Source: Nitrospiraceae bacterium | Lineage (GTDB): Bacteria > Nitrospirota > Thermodesulfovibrionia > UBA6902 | Direction of reading: 5' to 3' | DNA length: 64,000 nucleotides | Assembly: GCA_003599275.1 (NCBI GenBank) | Contig: QZJG01000074.1 | Location: 5,352-69,351, forward strand | Shown: positions 1 through 7,190 of the stretch, piece by piece | How the letters are laid out: every line of letters starts with the position of its first letter | How positions within the stretch are numbered: the stretch's first letter is position 1 | Program-made: the position numbers and the translations under genes | Notes under the pieces: model-generated | Seen by the model: the letters and a program-made list of their open reading frames with translations, nothing else | Told to the model about the DNA's origin: nothing | Databases searched by the model: none

Positions 1-184
1 AAGGATAGGCGCCTGTGCCTGAGTGCGGCGTGTGGCACATTGCGCATCTTTCAAGGTCTCCGTCTCCGCCTCTTGCCGGCATCTTGTTGACGTCATGAGG
101 GGAGTCTTTGATTACGGCCATGGCAATCGAAGCAGTTCCGACTGTCAGCAGTATCAGCAATAGTATGCTTAACATTTTCTTCAT
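1..184 (-). CDS. c-type cytochrome of the multihaem family, N-terminal fragment; the gene continues beyond the window start
   Basis: Reverse-strand ATG at 182-184 lies 8 nt after GGAGG. It translates to MKKMLSILLLILLTVGTASIAMAVIKDSPHDVNKMPARGGDGDLERCAMCHTPHSG: a signal peptide, then CxxCH followed by PH, as in doubled-CXXCH cytochromes. It is truncated and absent from the ORF track. Confidence 0.6.
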   Translation of the reverse strand, partial: MKKMLSILLLILLTVGTASIAMAVIKDSPHDVNKMPARGGDGDLERCAMCHTPHSGTGAYP

Positions 185-521
185 ATTGAATACCTCCTTA
201 TTTTTTTCATTTCTTTAAACCTCCCTGAAATTAACTCCTCTTGTGTTGTTGAAACCATAAGCTTTTCTTTTTCCTGTCACCTCCTTCCAAGTCATAATCC
301 GCGCCGCATCCGGGTGCTGCATAAAAACGGGCGTGAAGTCTTTTGATTTTGCATTACGGATTATTGTCTTTGTAATTTTCATGGTTAATATTTTGATTGC
401 GAAAGCATGCGCCTTCGAATAAATGTAATCTTTGATAAAGCAAAGGATATGCCACGTTATTTTTGCTTTACAACCCCTTAAAAACAATGGGAAATTTATG
501 GACACCTGCAGGAATGACACT

Positions 522-563
522 TTTCACCTGGTGAAATCACCACCTCGGTTCCGTGATTTCACC
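522..563. repeat. cluster of dyad-symmetric TTTCACC/GGTGAAA motifs; candidate protein-binding site
   Basis: Read directly: a perfect 11-bp inverted repeat, GGTGAAATCAC (530-540) and GTGATTTCACC (553-563). An overlapping palindrome TTTCACC-T-GGTGAAA spans 522-536. The site is intergenic. Confidence 0.55.
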
Positions 564-605
564 AATTCACGATAAAACAGTAACCCTAATAACGGCAGTT
601 CATTT

Positions 606-732
606 ACCACAGAGGCACAGAGACACAGAGAAAACAACGGATTCCGGAAGCTTTGGTGTTACTCCCCTAATGAAGAATTGCTTCCGGTCTTTTCTCTTAT
701 TTTTCAACTCAGTGTCTCAGTGTCTCTGTGGT
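606..732. repeat. nested palindromic MITE/REP-like element (CACAGAG-type arms)
   Basis: The outer 25-nt arms, ACCACAGAGGCACAGAGACACAGAG (606-630) and its complement at 708-732, match at 22/25. An inner perfect 8-bp inverted repeat is CCGGAAGC (644-651) / GCTTCCGG (680-687). ORF 553..735 is just a translation of this element. Confidence 0.6.
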
Positions 733-835
733 TAACTGCTCTTTACAGATTCAGCCTTGCCAACTCATTACTTTCCAATTGTATTAAGTCAGTTTCTTTG
801 CTTTTGTAAGTGACATCGGCAATGTGATATATTAA

Positions 836-851
836 TGGCATATTAATTGCT
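836..851 (+). promoter_or_regulatory. sigma-54 (-24/-12) promoter candidate for the REC-PilZ gene
   Basis: TGGCATattaaTTGCT has the exact GG-N10-GC spacing and matches the consensus TGGCAC-N5-TTGCW at all but one core base. It lies 58 nt upstream of the ATG at 909. Confidence 0.55.
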
Positions 852-908
852 TTATGTTTAAGCACATTAAATGGAGCCGTTTGGGCCTTTCTTTAAATAA
901 AAATTATT

Positions 909-1595
909 ATGGTCAAAAAAATCCTTATAGTCGATGATGAGGCCCTGATACTCAGCGGCCTGTCAAAGTGCCTCGCAAACAGCAACACCGTAATAAAAAC
1001 CGTTGCAAACGGAGCTGATGCGCTCAAGGAAATCAGCTTATGTCCTTACGACCTCTGCTTTTTAGACGTCCGTCTTCCGGACACCAACGGTCTTTACCTC
1101 ATGAAAAAGATAAAGAGATTCTCTTCTGAAACCAAGGTCGTTATCATGACCGCCCATCCTTTAAGTGATGATCTGAGGAAGGAGGTTGAGGACAACGCCT
1201 TCAATTTTATCAGCAAGCCCTTTGACCTTTCACATATAAAGGCGATCGCCGAGCTGGCTTTGGGTAAAGACGGAAGCCGCAATGAGAGCCGTGCGTCCTG
1301 CGATCAGGAATTCAAAGAAGGAAGGCTGTTTTTGAGAAAACCGCTGGAAAAGACCATTGATTATTTTGCCGGCGTATTTGAAGGCGGGGAGCTGAAGCTG
1401 TTGACGCTCACGGGAAGTGTCATCGACATAAGCGACGGCGGGATCGGACTCAAAACCGGTTACAACCTCAAACCCGGTTATATGATAAGGTTCTCGGGTG
1501 AGACAATCCCTTACGAGGTGGGGGTCGTCAAATGGAGCATGCCTGCGGGGGACAATTCTTTCAGGGCGGGAATCGAGTTCATGAGAAGGGCTTAA
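909..1595 (+). CDS. response-regulator receiver domain fused to a PilZ (c-di-GMP binding) domain
   Basis: The N-terminus is REC-like (KILIVDDE...DLCFLDVRLPD...KP). The C-terminus carries the PilZ signatures RLFLR (RxxxR) and DISDGG (DxSxxG). Confidence 0.85.
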   Translation: MVKKILIVDDEALILSGLSKCLANSNTVIKTVANGADALKEISLCPYDLCFLDVRLPDTNGLYLMKKIKRFSSETKVVIMTAHPLSDDLRKEVEDNAFNFISKPFDLSHIKAIAELALGKDGSRNESRASCDQEFKEGRLFLRKPLEKTIDYFAGVFEGGELKLLTLTGSVIDISDGGIGLKTGYNLKPGYMIRFSGETIPYEVGVVKWSMPAGDNSFRAGIEFMRRA

Positions 1596-1680
1596 AAAAC
1601 AGGGTGTAGGGAATTAGGGTATAGGGGGTAGTTTGCGGCAGTTCCTGCTCCCTATACCCTAATTCCCTACACCCTGTTTT
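1596..1680. terminator. 31-bp perfect-stem hairpin built from GGGTRTA heptamers; bidirectional terminator between convergent genes
   Basis: AAAACAGGGTGTAGGGAATTAGGGTATAGGG (1596-1626) is the exact reverse complement of 1650-1680. The loop is 23 nt, with an A-run on the left and a T-run on the right. It fills the gap between the stop at 1595 and the stop at 1679-1681. Confidence 0.8.
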
Positions 1681-1900
1681 ATGATAATGCCTTAATCAGC
1701 ATCAGAATAATTCCAATATTCATAGTTACAAGGACGCCCATCATCCATTTAATAAGTTTTGTATCACTTTCAATTCTTGCAAGACGTTCTTCCTGTCCCA
1801 ACTCTGCCATAACTTTGGCCGCTTCCTTTGCCTTTTCATCAGGCGCCCCTGCCGCCCTTAACGCCTCATAAACTTCAGCAATCATTTTACTCATTATCAT
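1679..1900 (-). CDS. small coiled-coil protein with a C-terminal TM helix (DUF1640-like)
   Basis: The ORF reads ...EVYEALRAAGAPDEKAKEAAKVMAEL...IKWMMGVLVTMNIGIILMLI. The start is probably the ATG at 1894, 7 nt after GGGGG. Confidence 0.55.
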   Translation of the reverse strand: MIMSKMIAEVYEALRAAGAPDEKAKEAAKVMAELGQEERLARIESDTKLIKWMMGVLVTMNIGIILMLIKALS

Positions 1901-1980
1901 GCCCCCGCTTTTTTTAATATTGTTACGCCCTACTGTTTAACCGTAATACAAAAAAAAATTATTGTCAATTTATAAAGGCA

Positions 1981-2083
1981 GCGTATAGCGGGTAGGGAAA
2001 AACGACAAAAAATAGCATGTCGGGAGCTGCTTTTTTGTTTTTATACACGCTACCCCCTATACCCTAATTTCCTACACCCTGTT
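1981..2083. repeat. degenerate heptamer-repeat arms (G-rich left, C-rich right) flanking a short hairpin plus T-run
   Basis: The left arm is GCGTATAGCGGGTAGGG (1981-1997). The right arm is ACACGCTACCCCCTATACCCTAATTTCCTACACCCTG (2045-2081). The right arm is nearly identical to the right arm of the 1596-1680 hairpin. Confidence 0.5.
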
Positions 2084-3460
2084 TTATTCTATTCCAAACT
2101 TCTTTATCTGATATCTGAATGAATCATAACTTATCCGGAGGAGCTTTGCGGCAAGGGACCTGTTATTCCCCGTCCTCTGGAGCGCCTGCATTATCAGGTC
2201 TTTCTCCAATTCATCGAGCGAGACGCCTTCATCGGGGAGGACGCACCTGTGACTTGACTGGCATGTGGTCCTTACCGTCTCCAGCGGCAATTGAGAAGGG
2301 TCAATTAATTCGGAATTTTCCAGCACGACAAGCCGTTCAATGACGTTTTTCAGTTCCCTGACGTTGCCCGGCCACGTATAAGAAAGGAGTATCTTTTCAG
2401 CCTCGGGGGAAAAGCTTGCGGGATTGTTCTTTTTGTATTCCGCCTTGAAGTGTGAAAGAAAATGCCGCGCAAGAAAGAGTATGTCCTCTTTCCTCTCCCT
2501 CAGTGGAAGTATGTGCAGGGAAAAGGTGTTCAGCCTGTAAAACAGGTCCAGCCTGAAGTCCCCTTTTGCAACAGCGTCCTGAAGGTCCCTGTTTGTGGTG
2601 GCTATGACGGTAACTTCTATCGGTATCTCTTTTTTCCCGCCGATGCGTCTTATGGTCCTTTCTTCAAGCACCCTCAATAGCTTGCTCTGCAGGCCCATCT
2701 TCATGTCTCCTATTTCATCAAGGAGAATGGAGCCGCTGTTTGCCAGCTCAAAGAGTCCTTTCTTTTCAGACTTTGCGTCCGTAAAGGCGCCCTTTTCATA
2801 GCCGAAGAGCTCGCTCTCGAGGAGTGTTTCCGGGAGGGCGGTACAGTTGATGGTTATGAAAGGCGCGCATCTCAGGGTACTGTCGCTGTACAGCAGCGAA
2901 TGAACAAAGCGCGCCATAAGCTCCTTGCCGGTCCCGCTTTCACCCGTGATAAGCACGGTCGAGACGCCGGCGAGGGCGATCTTTTCGGCCTTTTCCCTCA
3001 GCTCCCTTATGACCCTGGATTCCCCGACGAGGTCCTTCTTGAAGGTGTCCAGGTATACCTTCCTCAGGTAATCGACCTCATGCTTGAGACTCCCCTTTTC
3101 GAGGAGCTTCTCTATGACAATTTTTACCTCGTCGATATTGAGGGGCTTTGTAAGATAATCCGTGGCGCCGAGCTTCATGGCCTTTACCGCGGTCTCTGCA
3201 GAGTCGTCCGCCGTGAGCATGACAACCTCTGCGTCTATCTCCCTCTCCCTGATCTCCTGGAGGATATCCAGACCGTTGGAATCAGGGATGTTTACATCCA
3301 GCATTATTACGTCGGGAGACCAGGAGCGTATTTTCTCGATGACCTCGTCGGCTTCGGTCACCGCCATCACCTCATAGCCCTGTTTTTTCAGGGACCTTGA
3401 AATCATCGAGATGATAAGCTCCTCGTCGTCCAGAAGAAAAATTTTACCTTTGCTTTTCAT
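2084..3460 (-). CDS. sigma-54-dependent response regulator (NtrC/AtoC family: REC + AAA+ + HTH)
   Basis: REC N-terminus, Walker A GESGTGKE, a GAFTDA (GAFTGA-type) sigma-54 contact loop, and a C-terminal Fis-type HTH. Confidence 0.95.
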   Translation of the reverse strand: MKSKGKIFLLDDEELIISMISRSLKKQGYEVMAVTEADEVIEKIRSWSPDVIMLDVNIPDSNGLDILQEIREREIDAEVVMLTADDSAETAVKAMKLGATDYLTKPLNIDEVKIVIEKLLEKGSLKHEVDYLRKVYLDTFKKDLVGESRVIRELREKAEKIALAGVSTVLITGESGTGKELMARFVHSLLYSDSTLRCAPFITINCTALPETLLESELFGYEKGAFTDAKSEKKGLFELANSGSILLDEIGDMKMGLQSKLLRVLEERTIRRIGGKKEIPIEVTVIATTNRDLQDAVAKGDFRLDLFYRLNTFSLHILPLRERKEDILFLARHFLSHFKAEYKKNNPASFSPEAEKILLSYTWPGNVRELKNVIERLVVLENSELIDPSQLPLETVRTTCQSSHRCVLPDEGVSLDELEKDLIMQALQRTGNNRSLAAKLLRISYDSFRYQIKKFGIE

Positions 3461-3470
3461 ATTTAAAATC

Positions 3471-3540
3471 AGGTGTAAGGCAGAGGTGGTAGCAGGTAGT
3501 TTTTTGTTCCCTACACCCTACTCCCTCTGCCCTACACCCT
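3471..3540. repeat. imperfect heptamer-based hairpin between the kinase and regulator genes
   Basis: AGGTGTAAGGCAGAGGTGGTAGCAGGTAG (3471-3499) faces CCCTACACCCTACTCCCTCTGCCCTACACCCT (3509-3540). About 24 of 29 positions are complementary. Confidence 0.5.
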
Positions 3541-3544
3541 TTCC

Positions 3545-4978
3545 CTAACTTTCCTTTCTGACCGGCAAAACGATCGTGAATGTTGTCCCCTTGCCCTGTT
3601 CGCTTTCTATGCTTATGCCCCCCCCGTGCTCTTCTACAATGCGCCTTGTAATGGCCAGCCCCATTCCCGTGCCTTTGGCCTTGGTAGTGAAAAAAGGCTG
3701 AAAGATCTTCTTCACCAGCTCCCTGTTGATCCCTTTACCGGTGTCGCCTATCTCTATCCTGATCGCTTTTCCATCGGGGTTGCGTGACGTATTGATGGTC
3801 AGGGTACCTCCGCCGGACATGGCGTCAACCGCATTCAGCAGAAGATTAAGAAACACCTGCTGCAACTGCATCTGGTCGGCCATTATGACCGGCAGCCTGC
3901 TGTCGAAATTTTTAACTACCGCGATCGCCTTTAAGCCGTTGCCGGATGAAGCCGACGGGATTTTGGTTGAAAACGTCATACATATGTCGATGATGTTGTT
4001 GACATTCGTTGGCGTAAGCTGGGGGACAGGCGGTTTTGCAAAATTAAGGAGCCCCTTTAACAGGGCGTCTATCCGTCTTACCTCGCCGATGACCTGCGTC
4101 AAGACAGTCCTGTCTTCCGCTGAAAGGCTGGAATCCTCCGAGAGGACTTCCATCGACACTTTGATGCCTGCCAGCGGGTTTTTGATTTCATGAGCAAGCC
4201 CGGTCGCTATCTCGCCGCACACCCTCAACTGCTCCGTCCTCTGCATGTTGAGTATCTGCTGTTTCAGAGAGCTTGCCATCTCATTAAAGGAAGCCGCGAC
4301 CTCGCCGAACTCGTCTTTCAGCGAAGCGACCCTGTAATCCAGGTCGCCTGCCTTCAATCTCCGCGTCGCATCGAGGATCGTATTGAGCGGCTCGGTGATC
4401 GCCTTTATAAAGATCAGGGACAGGACCGTCGCAAGGATGGGGCCGAGGGCCAGCACGATAAAAAGCGTAGACTTTGTGTCCGCTATCTTTTGCAGCGCCG
4501 ATCTGGTTTTTTCATCAAGCCTGCTGCTCGTCATTGTTATCATGCTGTTGACTTCCGCTATAAGGTCTTCACCGATCCTGAAGGCTTTTTCCGCTTTTGC
4601 GTGCAAAGCGCTGAAGTTGTCGCCCACGATCAGGATCCCGGTCACGGATTCCTTGTATTCATGTATATGACTTCTCAAGTCAACAAGCTTCTTCATCACT
4701 ATTTCATTGTGGTGGCAGTTAAAGCAGGTGTCCGCCACTTTCGCCATGTTGTTTATGGTCGTCAATATGGTTTTATTGTCCCGGTCTCTTGATTTGAGGT
4801 CTGTCTGTATCCTTGCAATATGTATCAGCAGATGTTCCCGCAGTATTTCAATCTGATGGAGTTTAATAAGGTTGTCAAGCCTGGATGTGGTGGTCTCGAT
4901 GGTGAAGATTACATAGACAGTCGCCAAAAAGAAGATCAGGGTAAAGAGCGCCAGTCCTGTGATGATTTTTTTCTTCAT
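3545..4978 (-). CDS. sensor histidine kinase (2 TM, periplasmic domain with CxxCH, HAMP, HisKA, HATPase)
   Basis: TM1 covers residues 7-27. CFNCH sits at residues 85-89 (nt 4712-4726). TM2 is at about residues 172-195, followed by a HAMP domain. The H-box is HEIKNPL and the ATPase carries a G-box (GTGMGL). Confidence 0.9.
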   Translation of the reverse strand: MKKKIITGLALFTLIFFLATVYVIFTIETTTSRLDNLIKLHQIEILREHLLIHIARIQTDLKSRDRDNKTILTTINNMAKVADTCFNCHHNEIVMKKLVDLRSHIHEYKESVTGILIVGDNFSALHAKAEKAFRIGEDLIAEVNSMITMTSSRLDEKTRSALQKIADTKSTLFIVLALGPILATVLSLIFIKAITEPLNTILDATRRLKAGDLDYRVASLKDEFGEVAASFNEMASSLKQQILNMQRTEQLRVCGEIATGLAHEIKNPLAGIKVSMEVLSEDSSLSAEDRTVLTQVIGEVRRIDALLKGLLNFAKPPVPQLTPTNVNNIIDICMTFSTKIPSASSGNGLKAIAVVKNFDSRLPVIMADQMQLQQVFLNLLLNAVDAMSGGGTLTINTSRNPDGKAIRIEIGDTGKGINRELVKKIFQPFFTTKAKGTGMGLAITRRIVEEHGGGISIESEQGKGTTFTIVLPVRKES

Positions 4979-5063
4979 CTATTATAAAGAGTTCTTCAGA
5001 AAGAATAGGATTACCGTTATAATAATAATCTCAGGCCCATTTCTGCAAGGGAAAAAAACGCGG

Positions 5064-5079
5064 GGCAAATTAAATGCCT
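5064..5079. promoter_or_regulatory. sigma-54-type -24/-12 element in the divergent intergenic region; orientation ambiguous
   Basis: The minus strand reads AGGCATttaatTTGCC. The plus strand reads GGGCAAattaaATGCC. Both keep GG-N10-GC because the core is palindromic, and the minus strand fits the consensus slightly better. Confidence 0.35.
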
Positions 5080-5113
5080 GATACAAAACAGGACGCAAGA
5101 CGAATGTTGTATA

Positions 5114-5122
5114 TGCTAAAAT
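5114..5122 (+). promoter_or_regulatory. extended -10 (TGcTAAAAT) sigma-70 promoter candidate for the 5158 operon
   Basis: TGCTAAAAT lies 36 nt upstream of the ATG at 5158. No good -35 element is present. Confidence 0.3.
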
Positions 5123-5157
5123 ATCAGGGTCTGAGGTTTGGAGCCAGGGGGTAATTG

Positions 5158-5727
5158 ATGTTGAACGTGATAAACAGGCGTTTCAGGACCGGCTTTATTG
5201 CCCTGATATCGTTGACGCTGATATCGGCGTTATTAATAAGCGCGATCGCTTTTTATTCTTATTCCGACAAAGAGCTGGGCGGGACTTACGGACAGAAAAT
5301 CGATACTATTTCCGAATTCAGGACGACCCTTGTAAAAGACTCCCTGCTGATATTCATACCGCCCGCCGTTATGGCCGTAATCTTTGTAATAACAGCCATT
5401 GTTCTGTATACCCACAGGATCGTCGGACCTCTGGTAAGGATAAAGGCCGTTACCCGGCAAATATCCGAAGGCGATTTCAACATACTTGTCAAGTTAAGAG
5501 AAAAAGACGCCATAATGCCCCTTGCGGATGCGCTGAATAAATTGTCCTCGGGATACAGAGAAAGATTTTCCATACTGGGCAAGGCCCTTGATGAAATGTC
5601 CAGGGACGCAGCGGAGATGCGGCAGGCCGTTGAAAGAGGAGATATGGAAGCAGCCGAAGCCAAAAGAGAAGAGTTAGGGAAAAAGGCCGGAGAGATAAAA
5701 ACCATGCTTTCCGGGATCAGGTTATGA
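5158..5727 (+). CDS. two-TM membrane protein with a HAMP domain and coiled-coil tail (no output domain)
   Basis: The ATG at 5158 lies 7 nt after GGGGG. Two hydrophobic helices are followed by a HAMP-like stretch, GPLVRIKAVTRQISEGDFNILVKLREKD. The stop overlaps the next start (ATGA). Confidence 0.7.
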   Translation: MLNVINRRFRTGFIALISLTLISALLISAIAFYSYSDKELGGTYGQKIDTISEFRTTLVKDSLLIFIPPAVMAVIFVITAIVLYTHRIVGPLVRIKAVTRQISEGDFNILVKLREKDAIMPLADALNKLSSGYRERFSILGKALDEMSRDAAEMRQAVERGDMEAAEAKREELGKKAGEIKTMLSGIRL

Positions 5728-6515
5728 AAAAAAGATTAATTGTCCCTCTGCTTCTTGTCATGGCCTCCATTATTATCGTGTACGCCGTGTTGGACAATCC
5801 GCACGACTTCTCCATGGAAGACTGCCAGCTCTGCCATCTGAATTACGAACAGGACCCTAAAAGACTGGCCATGCCCGTATCGGACCTCTGCAAAAGATGT
5901 CATGAGCAGATAAATGCGAAATCATCGCACCCTGTAAATATTTATCCGTCAAAGGCGGCAGTCCCTCCGGACCTGCCGTTGAGAAACGGGATGATAGCTT
6001 GCAGCACATGCCACGATATTCACAAAGAGAATTCCAATGTCTTCGGAGAAAAGACCTTCTTCCTGAGAAGACCGTATACGGGAAGGAGTTTTTGTCTCTC
6101 GTGTCATACTCAGGGGATAGATTTGACGAAGCATTCGGACACAATCGACACCGCCCACATGGGGAGCAGATTCAAAGTTACAGATCAGTCCGAGCCGCTC
6201 GATTCCATTTCCAAAGAATGCATCAGTTGCCACGGCGGCGTACTCGGCAAGAATGCGGTGTTCGGACTCGGCAGCGGAGTATGGACCCACGATGATCCAA
6301 CCCATTCTCATCCGATAGGCGTCGATTACGAAGAGAGCAGGACGGAAAGGAAGGACGCAAAATTAAAACCCATGTCCATGATCGACAAAAGGATAATATT
6401 TTTTGACGGGAAGATAGGGTGCGGGTCGTGTCATAACGTGTATTCTGAGTCTCAAATGTCCCTCGTGATGAGCAACAAGGGCAGCAGTCTCTGTCTTGCG
6501 TGTCATGAATTATAA
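5724..6515 (+). CDS. heptahaem c-type cytochrome with N-terminal signal/anchor
   Basis: Seven CxxCH motifs: CQLCH, CKRCH, CSTCH, CLSCH, CISCH, CGSCH and CLACH. The N-terminus is hydrophobic. Confidence 0.9.
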   Translation: MKKRLIVPLLLVMASIIIVYAVLDNPHDFSMEDCQLCHLNYEQDPKRLAMPVSDLCKRCHEQINAKSSHPVNIYPSKAAVPPDLPLRNGMIACSTCHDIHKENSNVFGEKTFFLRRPYTGRSFCLSCHTQGIDLTKHSDTIDTAHMGSRFKVTDQSEPLDSISKECISCHGGVLGKNAVFGLGSGVWTHDDPTHSHPIGVDYEESRTERKDAKLKPMSMIDKRIIFFDGKIGCGSCHNVYSESQMSLVMSNKGSSLCLACHEL

Positions 6516-6518
6516 AAG

Positions 6519-6583
6519 ACAGGGGGTAGTGTGTAGGGGGTAGTTTTTTCCGCTCCCTACCCCCTATGCCCTACACCCTAATT
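6519..6583. repeat. imperfect heptamer-based hairpin after the cytochrome gene
   Basis: ACAGGGGGTAGTGTGTAGGGGGTAG (6519-6543) faces CTCCCTACCCCCTATGCCCTACACCCTAATT (6553-6583), with a T-run in the loop. Confidence 0.5.
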
Positions 6584-6596
6584 TACGGGAGGAGTT

Positions 6597-7190
6597 ATGG
6601 AGCATAAGAGGAAACGGTACATCACAGATAAGGTTTATCAGTGGAGGCTGGCGTTACGGATCATATCCATCTGTTCTGTTTACCTGCTTTTGAACCTTGT
6701 ATTGTTCAATTATCTGTCCTACAGAAAAATCGAGTTTCTGAGATGGAAAATGAACCTGCCGTTTGAGACTACGGGTGAAATAGTCGAGCCTTACCTCATA
6801 TCCTCTACAGCGATAACAATGTCCCTTGCCGTGGCCACGCTTGTCATATACATAATCTTCATCCTCAATAAAACGTCAGGGCCGGTGTACAGACTGAAAG
6901 CGGACATGGAAAAAGCGGCAGACGGCGATCTTTCGACAAACATTTACCTGCGCAGCGGCGATGATTTCAAGGAAACGGCAAAAGACTGCAACAACATGGT
7001 ATTGTCACTGAGAGGCAGGTTTGCCCGTATAAAAGAAGGCTTCTCCTCAGCGGAAAAGTCCCTGGAAAAAATAGAGTATGTAAAAGACAGGCCGGAGATT
7101 GCCGCCAAAGAATGCAAAGCCCTTGCAGATACAATAGAGGCGTTAAAGAAAGAAATTTCATCCGTAAAGGTGGAAAATGCTGCAGGCTGA
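6597..7190 (+). CDS. second two-TM HAMP/coiled-coil membrane protein (paralogue of 5158..5727)
   Basis: The architecture matches 5158..5727 and the HAMP segment is similar (GPVYRLKADMEKAADGDLSTNIYLRSGDD). It overlaps the GspE-like start by 14 nt. Confidence 0.7.
   Translation: MEHKRKRYITDKVYQWRLALRIISICSVYLLLNLVLFNYLSYRKIEFLRWKMNLPFETTGEIVEPYLISSTAITMSLAVATLVIYIIFILNKTSGPVYRLKADMEKAADGDLSTNIYLRSGDDFKETAKDCNNMVLSLRGRFARIKEGFSSAEKSLEKIEYVKDRPEIAAKECKALADTIEALKKEISSVKVENAAG

Noticed and set aside
215-520. 101-aa ORF, or its internal 55-aa version MKITKTIIRN..., between the truncated cytochrome gene and the dyad repeats.
   Set aside because: No Shine-Dalgarno precedes either start, no domain is recognisable, and the composition is atypical. 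It could be a real small gene, but I cannot support it.
553-735. 60-aa ORF on the plus strand.
   Set aside because: It is simply a read-through of the nested palindromic CACAGAG-type repeat and is not a gene.
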